DNA from: Monocercomonoides exilis PA203
Lineage: Eukaryota; Protista; Preaxostyla
Direction: 5' to 3'
Length of the DNA: 64,000 bases
Assembly (NCBI GenBank): GCA_001643675.2
Contig: LSRY02000009.1
Location: 1,240,001 to 1,304,000 of the forward strand
The position numbers and the translations under genes were made by a program. This document shows positions 12,353 through 24,486 of this stretch, one piece after another (positions within the stretch are counted from its first letter, which is position 1; each line of letters opens with the position of its first letter). The notes beneath the pieces are model-generated. The model saw only the letters and a list, made by a program, of their open reading frames with translations. It was not told the origin of the DNA and searched no databases.

Positions 12353-14031
12353 CCCAGCTCTGACGCATCCGTTGTTTGTACTGCTGGCCTAGTTCTCTTC
12401 CTTTGATAACTCGGTCTGTTCTCTAGCAGGATCTTCTTCCAATGTGTCAACTCTCCTAACATCATTGGTATGACTATCACCGTTCCCTTCCAGCTCCCGC
12501 GGGCTATTGCCTGCCTCAGCACGTGTTGCATGCGCTTCATCCACAAGCTCGCTGGTGGGTGTTGTAACCTCACAAAATTCAGCCTCCCGAGGAGTGCTGC
12601 TAAGTCCCTCGTCTTTTGTCTCCTCCTCTTCTTTGCATGTGCTATCCACTTTCGCACATCCTCCCGGAGCAGCACTCTCTTCCTCTCTTGGAGCGTCACT
12701 TCCATCTTCTCTGAATTCCAACTCCATCCCAAAAACTCCACGCTCCTTGCGGGTTCTAGCTTCAGCTTCTCCTCCGACAGTATCCAGCCCAGATTTCTCA
12801 GGAACTGGGCTATCTCCTGTGAGATCGATCTCAATGCATCCCTGTCTGAGTGCATGAGGAGAATATCGTACAGATATATTACTAACTTCACTTTCCACTT
12901 TTCTCTGATATATGACGCCGCCCGTCTCATTATCTTTGTGAATACTCTGGGCGCGTCCTTTGCTCCAAATGGCATCCCCACGTAAGTGTAGCATTGCTTT
13001 TGGAAGCTGAAGCACAGAAAGGGACTGAACTGCTCGTCCACTTTGACATGTTGATAAGCACTCGATATGTCGAGCGTGGTCATCCAATCGTTCTCCTCCA
13101 GGAGTTCCACAACTGTCTCCTGGGAATCCATCTTGAAGTGTTTCCCTAGCACTTCCTCGTTTAAAATTCTGCAATCCAGGATCTTTCTCCACTTTCCGTT
13201 CTTCTTCCGGACCATAAATGTCGGGTTGAACCACTTCACCTCCGACTCCTGTATGGGTTTCACCACTCCTTCTTTCACTTCCTCCTCTAAGAGGGATAAA
13301 TAATTGTTTGTCATCTCTGTTGTTCCCCGAAATTCTTGTCTGTGTTTTCTCTCCTCGAGTGAGATTGGGGATTGGGGACTCATCCATCGTGCTTTTATAC
13401 CACGGCTCACTAATTTGTCTCCCCCAATCTTCCTCCACTCGTTCAGCCTGTTCACCAGTCTCCCAGGAAGTGGCTCCTTCGGTGGTCCCACTGCTACGCA
13501 ACTCCCCACTTCTGGTGTCCTTTGACCAGTCTGTATCTGTGCGGTCTCTTTCCCTTCGAGAGTATCTGCAGTAGCTATCTTCCAGCTCTCCTCCAGGACG
13601 CTCCCAATTAGGGACTCGATAACAGTCCCAGAAGCTCTCAAGGCTCTCTTCACTACCTCCCTCTCGGTTTCCTGATCGTTCATCTGTACTGTCCCGTGGG
13701 GATGTACGGAGTCTTCCTCTGTGTTTACTCTCCCTGTTCCCATCTCGCAATCTATCGAGCTTTCTATCTCTATCCTCTTCTTTCGGTCGGAAGGGCTCAG
13801 CGCCTCTTCGTTGTTCTCGCAGACTTCCACGGGTTTCTCCCCTGTGATTGTCTGTCGATCGATTGGGATCTCCCGTAGTACTGTCATTCCCTTGAGCTCT
13901 GACAGCATCATGTCCGTCCCTGTCTCGCGGCGAAGCGCGGCTCTCTCTTCTCTCTCTGTCTCGCGGCATAGCGCGGCTCTCTCTTCTCTCTCTGTCTCGC
14001 GGCGAAGCGCGGCTCTCTCTTCTACGCCCAC
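11545..14031 (-). pseudogene. DIRS reverse transcriptase-RNase H-methyltransferase-like ORF, disabled
   Basis: RT motifs: KWRKILDCRILN, LDISSAYQH, MPFGAKDAPRVF, YLYD (YLDD mutated). RNase H: TDASELG*, INEKE, TDN, NTEADALSR. MT-like tail: LVHPF...LPAWRGQTW. An in-frame TGA at 12349-12351 replaces the usual Trp. Confidence 0.92.
13921..14022 (-). repeat. 36-bp tandem repeat x3 at the start of the DIRS RT ORF (EERAALRRETER)
   Basis: tgtctcgcggc...gcgcggctctctcttct occurs three times. Confidence 0.85.
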
Positions 14032-15260
14032 TGGCTCGTTCCAGAAGCTGTTCCTGCTGCTGATTCTCCCTGTGTCCTCGGGGGGGCTGGAGGAAGGGGG
14101 ACTGTGAACGAGGGGGCTCTCCCAGCTGTTGCTGGGGCCTGTTGTGGTCGAGTTTGTGTTGACCTCCTTCTTTGTTTGAAATTTGAGAAGCTTCCTTCGA
14201 AACCTTGCTTCTGGAATTGTCTGTAGGCAAAACCTTGAGCGTTCCTGCCTGTGCTGTACCTCCCTGAGCGCCCGCCCCTGACTGGGGCGGGGCCGAAGGT
14301 TGTGGGAGAAGCGGGGGATGCTCCATATCCTGGAGCATCCCCCCCTGGACGAAAAAAGCTGGTGCTATCCACCAGTCTCCTGAAACTCTCTGGGATGTCC
14401 TTGGACATTCCCCCGTCCAGAAAACACTTCACGTTCTCCCAGCTTGACTGAGGGATAACTTTCAGCAAGTTTATGCGGCTAATACAGTCTGCTATTAGGG
14501 CGTACGCGCAAAAGAGCCCCCTTAGTCGCTCTTTCTCTTCTTCCTCTAGGCGTGTCTTTTTCAATTCTCTTGTAGTGAGGGCTGCAATCGCCTTCGCGGC
14601 TTCAAACCCCGATTCCAGGGCGGGCTGAAACAGCTCGATAACCCGGGCGGCTTCTGGGGAATCTTTTCTTCCCTCCGCAGTGACCCCCGTCACTGCTAGG
14701 GCGTTCCAACTCATGTCAGTGTGTCTAGTGAAAAAGTTCTTCTCCGTCTCCGGGATAAAGGTGTTCAGGATATCATCATTTATTCTGATAGATCCGGCTT
14801 TGCAAAAGTCCATGAATCTCTTCAGTTCTCCTGCTTGTCTCCTAGGCGTTAACCATTCGTCTGGGAAAATTCCCAAGAAATCTTCGGATCTATCTTGCTC
14901 TTCTTCCCGCTTTTCTGTGTTTTCGGAATCGCTCTCGCTGGTTTCTACATCGTCCCATTTCTTCATCTGCTTACGTCCGCGACTGCCCCTCAATCGCTGT
15001 CTGTGTCTCTTCTTTGCGATCATCTCTGTGTCATCAGATTCGGACTCAGATTCGCTTGATCCCGATAGAGATCTTCCTCTTGGTCGTTCCCTCTTCGTCT
15101 TTCTCACTGGTAATATTCCTACTGCTCCCGAGCGGCTCGGAACTGCTCGACTTCTCGCCATTTCCTCAATCAAATTTTCTACTCTTGAAAGTCTAATTGC
15201 AAGATCAAATCCTCTGTCCTCGCTGTTACTGGTTTCCATTCTAACAGGATCCTGAGTCAT
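14022..15260 (-). CDS. DIRS ORF1 (gag-like)
   Basis: First ORF inside the 5' ITR, overlapping the RT ORF start. The likely ATG is at 15260, because the upstream ATG at 15347 lies in the ITR. Called by position. Confidence 0.7.
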   Translation of the reverse strand: MTQDPVRMETSNSEDRGFDLAIRLSRVENLIEEMARSRAVPSRSGAVGILPVRKTKRERPRGRSLSGSSESESESDDTEMIAKKRHRQRLRGSRGRKQMKKWDDVETSESDSENTEKREEEQDRSEDFLGIFPDEWLTPRRQAGELKRFMDFCKAGSIRINDDILNTFIPETEKNFFTRHTDMSWNALAVTGVTAEGRKDSPEAARVIELFQPALESGFEAAKAIAALTTRELKKTRLEEEEKERLRGLFCAYALIADCISRINLLKVIPQSSWENVKCFLDGGMSKDIPESFRRLVDSTSFFRPGGDAPGYGASPASPTTFGPAPVRGGRSGRYSTGRNAQGFAYRQFQKQGFEGSFSNFKQRRRSTQTRPQQAPATAGRAPSFTVPLPPAPPRTQGESAAGTASGTSQWA

Positions 15261-17978
15261 TATTACTGCGGACAATGGTGTGTAACAAAGGTTTATTTGT
15301 TTGCGAAGTTTGATCTTAAACCACCCATAATTTAAGATCAAACTCATTATTGAGGAGCAAACCTGCTCCTTGCGTTCGTATATTCGCTCTATTGCGAATC
15401 ATTTCATCTATCCTTTTGATGAAAAAAACTTTGGTCTCTTTCTTTCAATTCTTTTCCTTTCTTTTCCACTTTTCCACTTTCAACATTCATCTCTCCTTCT
15501 CTCTCATTCTCAATCTCGTTATTCTCCATTCCTATGTCATAATCAAATCCATCAACAACGTCAACTTCAGCCTCCTCTTTTTCTTTATTCATTCTGCTAT
15601 TGACTTCATCCATTCCTCCTTCTGAAGTCTCTTTCTCACTCTTCACATTTTTCGCATCTTTTTCCATTTCATTCTTCTCCTTAACCTCCAACCCACATCA
15701 ACAATCGCGCCCCATCTCCAATTGTGAATCCTTTGTGATTAACAGATTGTCTTCTTCCACTCTTTTCCTTCCTTCTGAATCGCCTAACAACGACCAGATC
15801 ATTTCACACGTTTGCATCGTCTCCCACGTTGCTGTTTCGCACAGTACCACAGCAACTGTCGTTAACTGAATTATTCTCATATCTCCTATTTTAATAAGAT
15901 TTAGCAGCAGTTGTCAGAATAACTTGAACAGCATGAGGAAGAATTTCAAAAGATTTCTCAAGGGAAATGTTCGATTCTCACACAACCACAGTTGATTCTT
16001 CAAGGTGTTTCAGGAAAAAGATGAAGAAGAAGATGAAGAGAAAGATGATGAATATCATCGAACAGTAACAATATCCAGCCAGCCTTCAAATTCGTGCTCG
16101 TTGTTGGGGAACTGGAGGCGCTCAAGCTGTTTCACACACATCTCAGTAAGAACTCAGAGCTTCACGTATATCTCAGAAGCTCCGGCCATATCTTTTTCTT
16201 CTATAAAAACTGCCCAGACGAATGAACAAAAAGCGGATAAAGGATATTCATGCAGAAGACAAGAGCAGTCGAACATTGCTCGTTTTTTTTCAGCGCGTGT
16301 GGCAAACTCTTTTTAAGTGCACTCCAGGCTTCCAGCTAGTGCTGCTTTGAAGAGTGGTAGAGAAGCGTGATCAACATCGATAAGAAGACAGAGAGAGGAG
16401 ATAAGCGCTGCTGCAGTGAGGAGGAATAGAAGGAGAAGGAGTAGGCAGAACCGGACTTTGAGAAAATAGTGGATGCTGCGAAAATAACGATGCAAAAGGC
16501 AACGCATATAATGTTGTAGCATTCTCTTCCGTTGTTTGAGCGAGTAACTCATCGAGCTGCTCAGGGCTTTCATGCCATGCAAACGGCACAGTCAACTCAA
16601 CGTCTTGCAGATTGAGTTGATTCTGCAATGAGCTTGCGGACTGTTGTCTCAACGCTTCTCTTTTCGAATCAACAACTTATTCAAATTCTTTTGCGGATCT
16701 CTGAAGAAATGATAGAGGGCTCCGTGTCAGTCAGGCAAGGCTCATTTGAAACAGAACGTTTCATCGCAGTCATTTCGTCATATGGGCTCATGAACACTCT
16801 TTCGTGATCGTAGAAATTGTCGACCCGATCAGAAATCGCGTATGAACATAAACTTGATTTGAGTGCAAAATACACAGTTTGTCTTTCGAATTCTGCTTTT
16901 TCCTTTTCTGATTGAGAAAAATCAGCGCGCTTTATTTCGCTTTGCAAGAAGCACACAGTCTCCAGCAGCTGCCCTTCCAGTAAAATTTCCTTTGACGCTT
17001 TTCTCTTTGGATTGAGCCTCTTGTCGTATGCAGATATGCCTCTAGCCTCTGCTGTTTTTGAGTATGCTCCCTTAAAAAATGTTGGAATAAAAAAATTGTG
17101 AAAAGAAAGTTGCGATAAAGCTGTGCTTGTAATACATGTCCTTTTCCAACAGCGGAAACGGCTTACACATCTAATCCCACTTTGATGAAGAGAAAAATAT
17201 CAAAGATGACAAAAACGATAACGAAAAAGAATTAGAGGAGGAGGAGGAAAAAGACAATGAAACAGATGAAGAACAATATAATTTCACTGCTCTTTGAATT
17301 CTATCAGATCCAGTTGATTTTGGTGTTCTGGCGAGCTTCACTTGAATTTGCATGATCACGCTTGTATGATCTTCTCTTTTTCGTATGTGATCTCGAGAAA
17401 CTTCTTTATGATCTTGTGGATGTTTTGTGTTTCACATAAACTGTGAAACTTGGCATTGTTTTTGGTTCAGTGAATTTTTTGAATCGGCCAACTCCTTCGA
17501 GCCTGATGAATGATGATTGGATGGAGAAGCATTTACAGAAGAATTATAAGCGATTCCCTTGTTGATAATTTGGGGTTGGTTGTTGTTGATGATGATAATC
17601 AAAGAGTGTGAAATGCCATTCGAACAATAAACAACACTCAAAGAAAAAGCAGTTTTTTCAGAAAGGTGTTCCATTAAACTCATTGAAATAATGCGCACCT
17701 TTTTTCAAAAAAAAAAAAAAAAAAAAAAAAAGATAAATGCCGAACTGTTTTCATAAAAAAACAAACAAAATTAGAAATTGAGATAATCTGAAAATGAATT
17801 GTTCAAATGATGGAATAATTGGAGTGAACACACGAAAAAAAGCACACTTCTTATATATTTTGCAAGCTAACAATATATTTTTTTTACGGTCAAATCAAAT
17901 ATTCATCAATTGTTAGCAATATCGATAAATTGATAATCTTTTTTTATTTTTCAAAAAAAATATTTTGTAAATTGACAT

Positions 17979-18115
17979 GATCATGCGTTGTGAGCATTTC
18001 ATTTTTTTTTTGCTCGAAAGAGCATAAAATGATATCAAACAACCATCTGGTGTTGGAAAGTCCTTCTCCACTTTTGCCAAAAACGCACAAATAATTTGGT
18101 TAACTTATGATCAAG
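17979..18115 (+). repeat. Orphan diverged left TIR of the GATCATG (USP-transposon) family
   Basis: GATCATGCG...TGCTCGAAAGAGCATAAAATGATAT...GCACAAATAATTTGGT...TATGATCA is colinear with 20370-20503. Confidence 0.7.
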
Positions 18116-18138
18116 AATTTTTAAAGTTTAAAAATATA

Positions 18139-20360
18139 TAGTCGGGGACAAAACCCGGGACAAGGACAAAACCCGGGACACTTCAGTCTAGAATATTTTT
18201 TTAGAATGTTTATTAAAAACAATTCCAAATCATGAAACATTTCTTGATTAACTTTCTTGATTTCATCCGATGAATGCATGTCAAAATAATGGTCTCTTCA
18301 ATAAAAAATTATATCAAGGAGAATGATCAAACTTCCACAAATCATATAAAAAAAGCAAACACATTATCGCCTCTCCCTTTCAATAAATTATCATAGATAA
18401 AGACCTCAGCAGAGATTAACAGGCTCCCTTTCAAAGCGGAAAAAATTGATCATTTTCTGAAACAAGATGGAATCAAACATTCAGATTTGTGAAAAGCAAT
18501 AATCAAATCCCATTCATCCATCTACAGGCATATGGCTTCAAAAAAAGCAGGGCGTGATCCTCAACATGCTGGTAGAACAGGGCTATTTTATAAAGAAGAA
18601 ATAGAAGAAATAGAAGATTGTGCAATTGCACAAATATCATCCACTAACAAATTGACAGTTTCAGACATTATCAGATTCGTGTGTTGCTTTTTGTTTGTTT
18701 TTATTTTTAATTGTGCATTTTTTATAGTAAGAAAATGTGATGATGAAGAAAAAGAAGGAATGCACACAAACGACTGTAGTCAGGAAAATCAGCAAAAAAT
18801 GGGCACGCAGGTTGATAAAGAAAAGTGGATTACTGAAATTAATTAAACCAACTTTTATAGATCTTCATCGCCTTCAAGCTTCCACAATAGAAAATATGAG
18901 GAATTGGTTTTCGTCGTTGAAAAATGTTATTGATGATTATAATAATTCATCAGATTTAATTATCAATATGGACGAAACTGGCATCTTGATGAAGCAGTCG
19001 GACGAGGAAATAGAAGTCACAAAAGAATCTCAACATGCTTTTTCACCAGAAGCACAGAGAAGGAAAAATGCTACATTATTTTTTTCGATTTTTGCAGATG
19101 GGACGTCACTTGATCCAATCATGCTATGGCCTTCTCAGACAATTTCCGAGGATTTAAAGGAATTGAAGTATCATCGAATTAACTGTTTGGCAAATGGGAC
19201 AGGCTGGATGATAAGAAGAGATTTTGAAAAGGTTATGATAGAAATATTATTGCCAAAAATTAATGAGAAAAGAGTTGAGCTTCAAAGACAGTCTTCCTAC
19301 GCTTTGATTACACTTGATGGGCATTCCTCTCGCCTAAGTTTTCCAGTGATATCTTTGTGCAGAGATCATTTAATCCATTTATTGATTCTTCCATCACATA
19401 CAACACATCTCACTCAGCCGCTGGATAGGTTTGTATTCGCGCATTTCAAAAACAGCCTAAAAAGAGCATTCTCGGTTCCTTCTGATTCGTCAATTTCTTC
19501 TTACAGAAAATCATTAATTCCAGCAGTATCAGAAGCGGTTAATAACTCTCTCTCTCCAAGAATTGTGAAAAAGTCATTTGAAGCATGCGGAATTTTCCCG
19601 TTAGACCCTTCTGCCGTATATCAGTGCCTCCCGCAGAACATTGAAGCCTCTTCGATAGCAGAAAAAGTGGTAAACAATTCTTCACTTTCATGCAGTATCA
19701 GCATGAAATTAATAACAGGAGATAATTTTTTCGAAAGCTTTTCCATGCAGTTCGAAAAAAAAAAAAGAAAAGTCAGCAAAATAACTCAGTAACAAAGCAG
19801 GATAGTGCAATGTCTGAGGTGAAGGAATTATCTAATGTTAAGGAAAAAAGCTCCAATGAAACAGGACCTGTTTTAAAAGTCAACGAAGAAAATTATGGAA
19901 TAAAAACAATTATTCGCGATGATGTTTCAACAGAACAATCTGATAATTCAGAGGATCGAAAAGAGCAACGAGATACATCAGAAGAAGAGATTCTTTTCCC
20001 CAGTGAAAAAAGGAAAAGAAAACTAACTTCAGAGAGCGAAAGGGGATCTATCTTCAATTACAGTTAAAAAAATATCTCACGTGATAAGAAAATTATTTGT
20101 TCAATTCATATTTCAACATGATTCAACGTTATTAAACAGTGCTTTGTTTTCTATTGCTTTTTAAGCGACAATCTTTTTAAACTGATATTTTAATTGCAAA
20201 TTCAATTCAGATATTTTCATTTGGCTTGTTCGATCCACCTAAATACACGAAAAACTCGATAATCAGTTTATTTTTCCATATAAAAGAGATGAATTGTGTC
20301 AAAAAAAGCTTGATGGAATATCCCGGGTTTTGTCCTTGTCCCGGGTTTTGTCCCTGACTA
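18139..20360 (+). mobile_element. pogo/Tigger-like (Tc1-mariner superfamily) DNA transposon
   Basis: 40-bp TIRs TAGTC(G/A)GGGACAAAACCCGGGACAAGGACAAAACCCGGGA at 18139-18178 and 20321-20360, flanked by TA. Confidence 0.93.
18532..19792 (+). CDS. pogo-family DDE_1 transposase (probable intron 18679-18727; TAA at exon 2 start suggests a disabled copy)
   Basis: NMDETG, TLDGHSSR and LPSHTTHLTQPLDRFVF motifs. Confidence 0.88.
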
Positions 20361-21386
20361 TATTAATAAGATCATGGGCGTTTTTGTCATTTTATTTTTT
20401 TGCTCAAAACAGCATAAAATGATATTTTCAGCTTGTAAAGTTCAGAAAAAGTGACTTTCGATGTTGACCAAAATGCACAAATAATTTGGTTTTTTATGAT
20501 CATTAATTTTGGAAATGTGATATTTGTTTGAATATTATTCATTTAATTTGTGAATATTATTGCTTTATTAATGCAAACAAGTCATCCAAAATTTGTTTTG
20601 ATTTTTTTATTGTTTTTATATAGGTGAAAAATGATTTTTTTATTTTTCATTGAATTTTCATTTCAAATGAGAAAAATATCTTTGAAAAATTAAACACGAA
20701 AAAATATTTTGTTTTTGAATGAACATGTTTATAATTATTGTTCTATTCAATATATAACTGTTTTGATATCAATATCTTCATTGTTGAGTAACAACAAAGG
20801 TTGATGAATATTCAGTGATGAGAATAACATAAAAATAAATTCTTTGCTAATTCGATAACAATCATTTAACAAAATAACACATAAATAACATTAGCGCTTC
20901 ATTGTATTAATCATCTGAAATATAGAAAGCAACATATAAGCTTCTTATTTTGTTGCATCACTTTCAAAAAAAAATATTTTTACCACATCGACAGCAAAAC
21001 AATCCACATTTGTCAATTCAATATCAATTTGTATGAACAATAAAAGATATAATAAAAAGCATTACAATATCAACAAATACATGGTGTCATAGTCAATTCA
21101 AAACACAAAAGAATACAAATGCTTTAGGTGCAAAAACAAACTTGACTGTTTTTCTTTTGTTTTCCATCAACTCGACACTTTCTAATATTTCTCTTGTCCA
21201 AACTCAAAAAGATCAAATTCAACAAAAAAAAAAGACAGACACAATGATAAAACATCACTTCACACTCTCAACAACTCTCCCTTCCAAAAACCTCACTTAA
21301 AGATCAATGAATTCCCTCACAACTCTCTCTATTAATGAATCTCGATATAAACATATATAAGCGGGACAATAACCAAGAAATAAATA

Positions 21387-21552
21387 GGGACATATCAGGG
21401 ACAATAACCAAAAGAAAACAATCGGATTCTAACTGCTGTGCACCTGGGAGGCTGTTCGTCGTATCCAGGTCCGAATAAAGCAGCCCGCAGGCTGCAGTAT
21501 CTAATACGAACAGTCATGTCCAGCACCCTTCCGATAGAGTGCCAGCTAAGCA
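21387..21552 (+). ncRNA. Candidate pseudoknotted structured RNA, copy A
   Basis: Conserved with 58401-58538. Helices ACCTGGG/TCCAGGT, GGCTGTTCGT/ACGAACAGTC, ATCGGA/TCCGAT and GGACA/TGTCC; two of them covary with copy B. Confidence 0.65.
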
Positions 21553-21597
21553 AACACAACAACTAGTTTCTTAAAAAGGGACACCATTAATACAATT

Positions 21598-24455
21598 TTA
21601 AGATTCATTAATAGAAGAAGAGTCAAGAAGAAGCTCAAATCTTCTTGAAAGAAGATCTTGAGAAGATTGAGTTAGAAGAGAAGAGTTTGATGATGTGATA
21701 TCAGAGTGAAATGTCTTTCTTGAACGTTGAACTTTTTCTTTCATTGTCGAAGATTCGAGGGCAAACAGAAAGCGTTGAGGAAGATATCCAACAGCTGAAG
21801 CACAGACAAATGAGCCCTTGCGTTCAAAGTATAAATAGTCCTTCATGTGTGGAACAGACAATGATGGCCATGAGATTTGTTGAGATGGTTCATATTCTTC
21901 AAAGTACCTCTCATTCTCAAAGTCATTGACAGATGTCGAAGATGGTGAAGAGTTTGATGATGATGTTGAGAAGTTGTTCGATTGTGAAGTTGAAGAAGTG
22001 GATGTCGAATTATTCATATTGTTTTCGAAGAAGTTGATCAAGTCATGAATTGTGGTGATGTGTTCATTTGATAAATTGTTGTCAATTGCATTAACTAACA
22101 CACCAAATTCACTATCACAGATATTCTTTCCATGGTGCTCAGCGAAAAAGTTGAGTTGAGTGTTTTTCATTTTTAGAAGTTTGGATTGTTTGGAGAGGAT
22201 TAAGTTAAGAAGGAAGCGATTTCGGTTGTGTAGACCCGAATCGCAGAAGAACTTAAAAGTGTGAGTGTGTGAGAAGAAGTTTCTTTTGATCACAGATTCC
22301 AGACACTCAATGACAAATCTGTGATCATTTGAGAGGCAGTCGGAGAAGAAGTTGAAAGTTCTTTTTATTTGTTGATTATTTATTTTTTGAAGTGAAATCA
22401 CAGTGAATTGAGAAACTTGTTGATAGTTGAAGAATTCTTGTTGAAGTTGGTTCTTTCTGATGGGGAGTTTCCATTTCTCTTTGAAGTCGAAGACGAAGAC
22501 TGCTTCTCCCTCTTTCAGATTATCAACAGTTGATTGATAATGTTTTCGTTGCATTTCTGCTACAAGACGATGTTGACGAAGAAGTCTGAGTGTATGAAAC
22601 TCAGCAGAAGAAAGTCCATTTTAGTTTTGAGATGACTTTAATTTGTTTTCCAGATAGTTGAGTTTCTCGCACATGCCGCAGAGGTCTGTACGTCTTTTCG
22701 CTTTTGAGAAGTTTGTTGTCAGCTTGTGGAAGTGAGATAATGAAACTTTGATGTCTGTTTCATCTGAAAACTCTTTCCATAATTTCGTCTTGGGCTTGAA
22801 GATTAATCTCTTTTCATTAAAAGAAAAGATGCCCGTTTTCTTTCTTTTTTCTTTTCGTGCTTCCAATCCATAATTTGTTGAAATTGACGAAGAAAGTTGT
22901 GGAATGGAAGAAGTTTGATGTGATGGAGTGATCAACGATGATGATGGAGTTGAATCTGTGTTTGCATTGTTGTTATTAAAAGATTGAGAAGAGGAGGAAG
23001 AAATAGAGGAACCACCAAATTAAATAGTTGGATGTGTAGATAGTGAGTTTTCTTTAACGTTGAATGAAAGTGAAGGAGTGTAACACTGTGTGTAAAGATC
23101 TTTCCAGGACTTAGCCCAATTGTCACTATCAAATGTGTTAATATCTTCATCGTTACAAGTGATCCACATCTTTCTTATTCCTTCCTTTCTTTCCACAACA
23201 GCAATGAGATGACCATTTCTGTTATCAAACTGTTTGTGAAGAACTTGACCAATGAAATGATAGAACGTTGTTTCTTTGTTGTGTTAGTGAAATGTTGAAT
23301 CTTTTTCATTTGCAAATCCTTTGCAAAATGAACGTTTGTTCGGCATGTCAGTCTCGATTAAAAGTGTTCGAGAAGGTGGAGAACTGGCAAGAACAGCACA
23401 TTCATGAGAAAGGGTTAGAACCTCTGGAAATGAAATCATTTCCTCTCACCGAGCTGCGCAGCATTTTTCTTTGCACTCATAGCAATATACGCTGTTTTTT
23501 CCATCAAGTATTTCAGTTGAAAATAGAGAAGATAAATTTTTGTGAGTAGATGATGAATTGATGATTACGTTGTTTTCAATTTTATCGATTTGTGATGTGA
23601 GTTTTTGACATTTGACGCATTTCCTGTGTGAAACTATAACAGGATTAAAACTATCATGCTTTCATAATCCGTCTTTTTCAAATAGAGTTTGAAGATAGTT
23701 GAAAGCATCTGACACATTCTGCTGCTGTTTGCTTCGGTATCCACAAAAATTTTCCCATCATCTTACAAACGATGGGATCCACGAATGCACTTTTGATTTA
23801 TCTTTAAGGATTTGTCTGCAAATACTCAAAATTTGAGAAGATAAAGTCTTGTTTGAATGTGATTTTGTGAAGATCGTTGGCTTTTGTGAAGTGATTGAAG
23901 AAAAACACTGAAGAAGAGATGCCAAGAAACATGTGTTTCCAAGATTTGCTAACCCTTTTGTTGCTTTTAATGGAATATTAGGTGTGGATTTAAAATCAAT
24001 TACCGTTGATTTGGATGAAGAAGAAATTAATGAATCAATATTTGTTGAATTGTCGCTTGACATGCATTTTGAATTTGGTAGTTGCGCTGAAATGTTGTTC
24101 TCTTTTGTGAAAGATGAGAAAAGATTTTGGAATGCGCGAGGAGGAATAAGAGTGGGTGAAGTGACATATTCCATCAGTTGACCACTTTCCCAAATATTTT
24201 CGTTGTTAAAAGATGAAATTGCTTCATCTGCTGGAGAAGAATTGATTGTCTCTTTTCTTTTTATTTTTATCGAAGAGGAGGATGAATGAGGAGTGGAGGA
24301 AGAAGAGGAAGAAGAGGAAGAAGAGGAAGAAGAGGAAGAAGAGGAAGAAGAGGAAGAAGAGGAAGAAGAGGAAGAAGAGGAAGAAGAGGAAGAAGAGGAA
24401 GAAGAGGAAGAAGAGGAAGAAGAGGAAGAAGAGGAAGAAGAGGAAGAAGAGGAAT

Positions 24456-24486
<31 letters not shown>

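Larger units (their letters stand above)
9325..15399 (-). mobile_element. Full-length DIRS1-like tyrosine-recombinase retrotransposon
   Basis: Gag-like, RT-RNaseH-MT and YR ORFs. Inverted terminal repeats at ~9340-9391 and ~15318-15368. Internal complementary region at 9988-10083. Confidence 0.95.

Noticed and set aside
20577-21400. Fanzor/TnpB ORF partnering the structured RNA
   Set aside because: No RuvC-like ORF is visible near either RNA copy.
21387-21552. Canonical HDV-like, hammerhead, twister or pistol ribozyme; U1 snRNA
   Set aside because: It lacks the HDV P3/L3 UCCNCGY loop, the hammerhead CUGANGA/GAAA core and the U1 5' end. Kept as unassigned.
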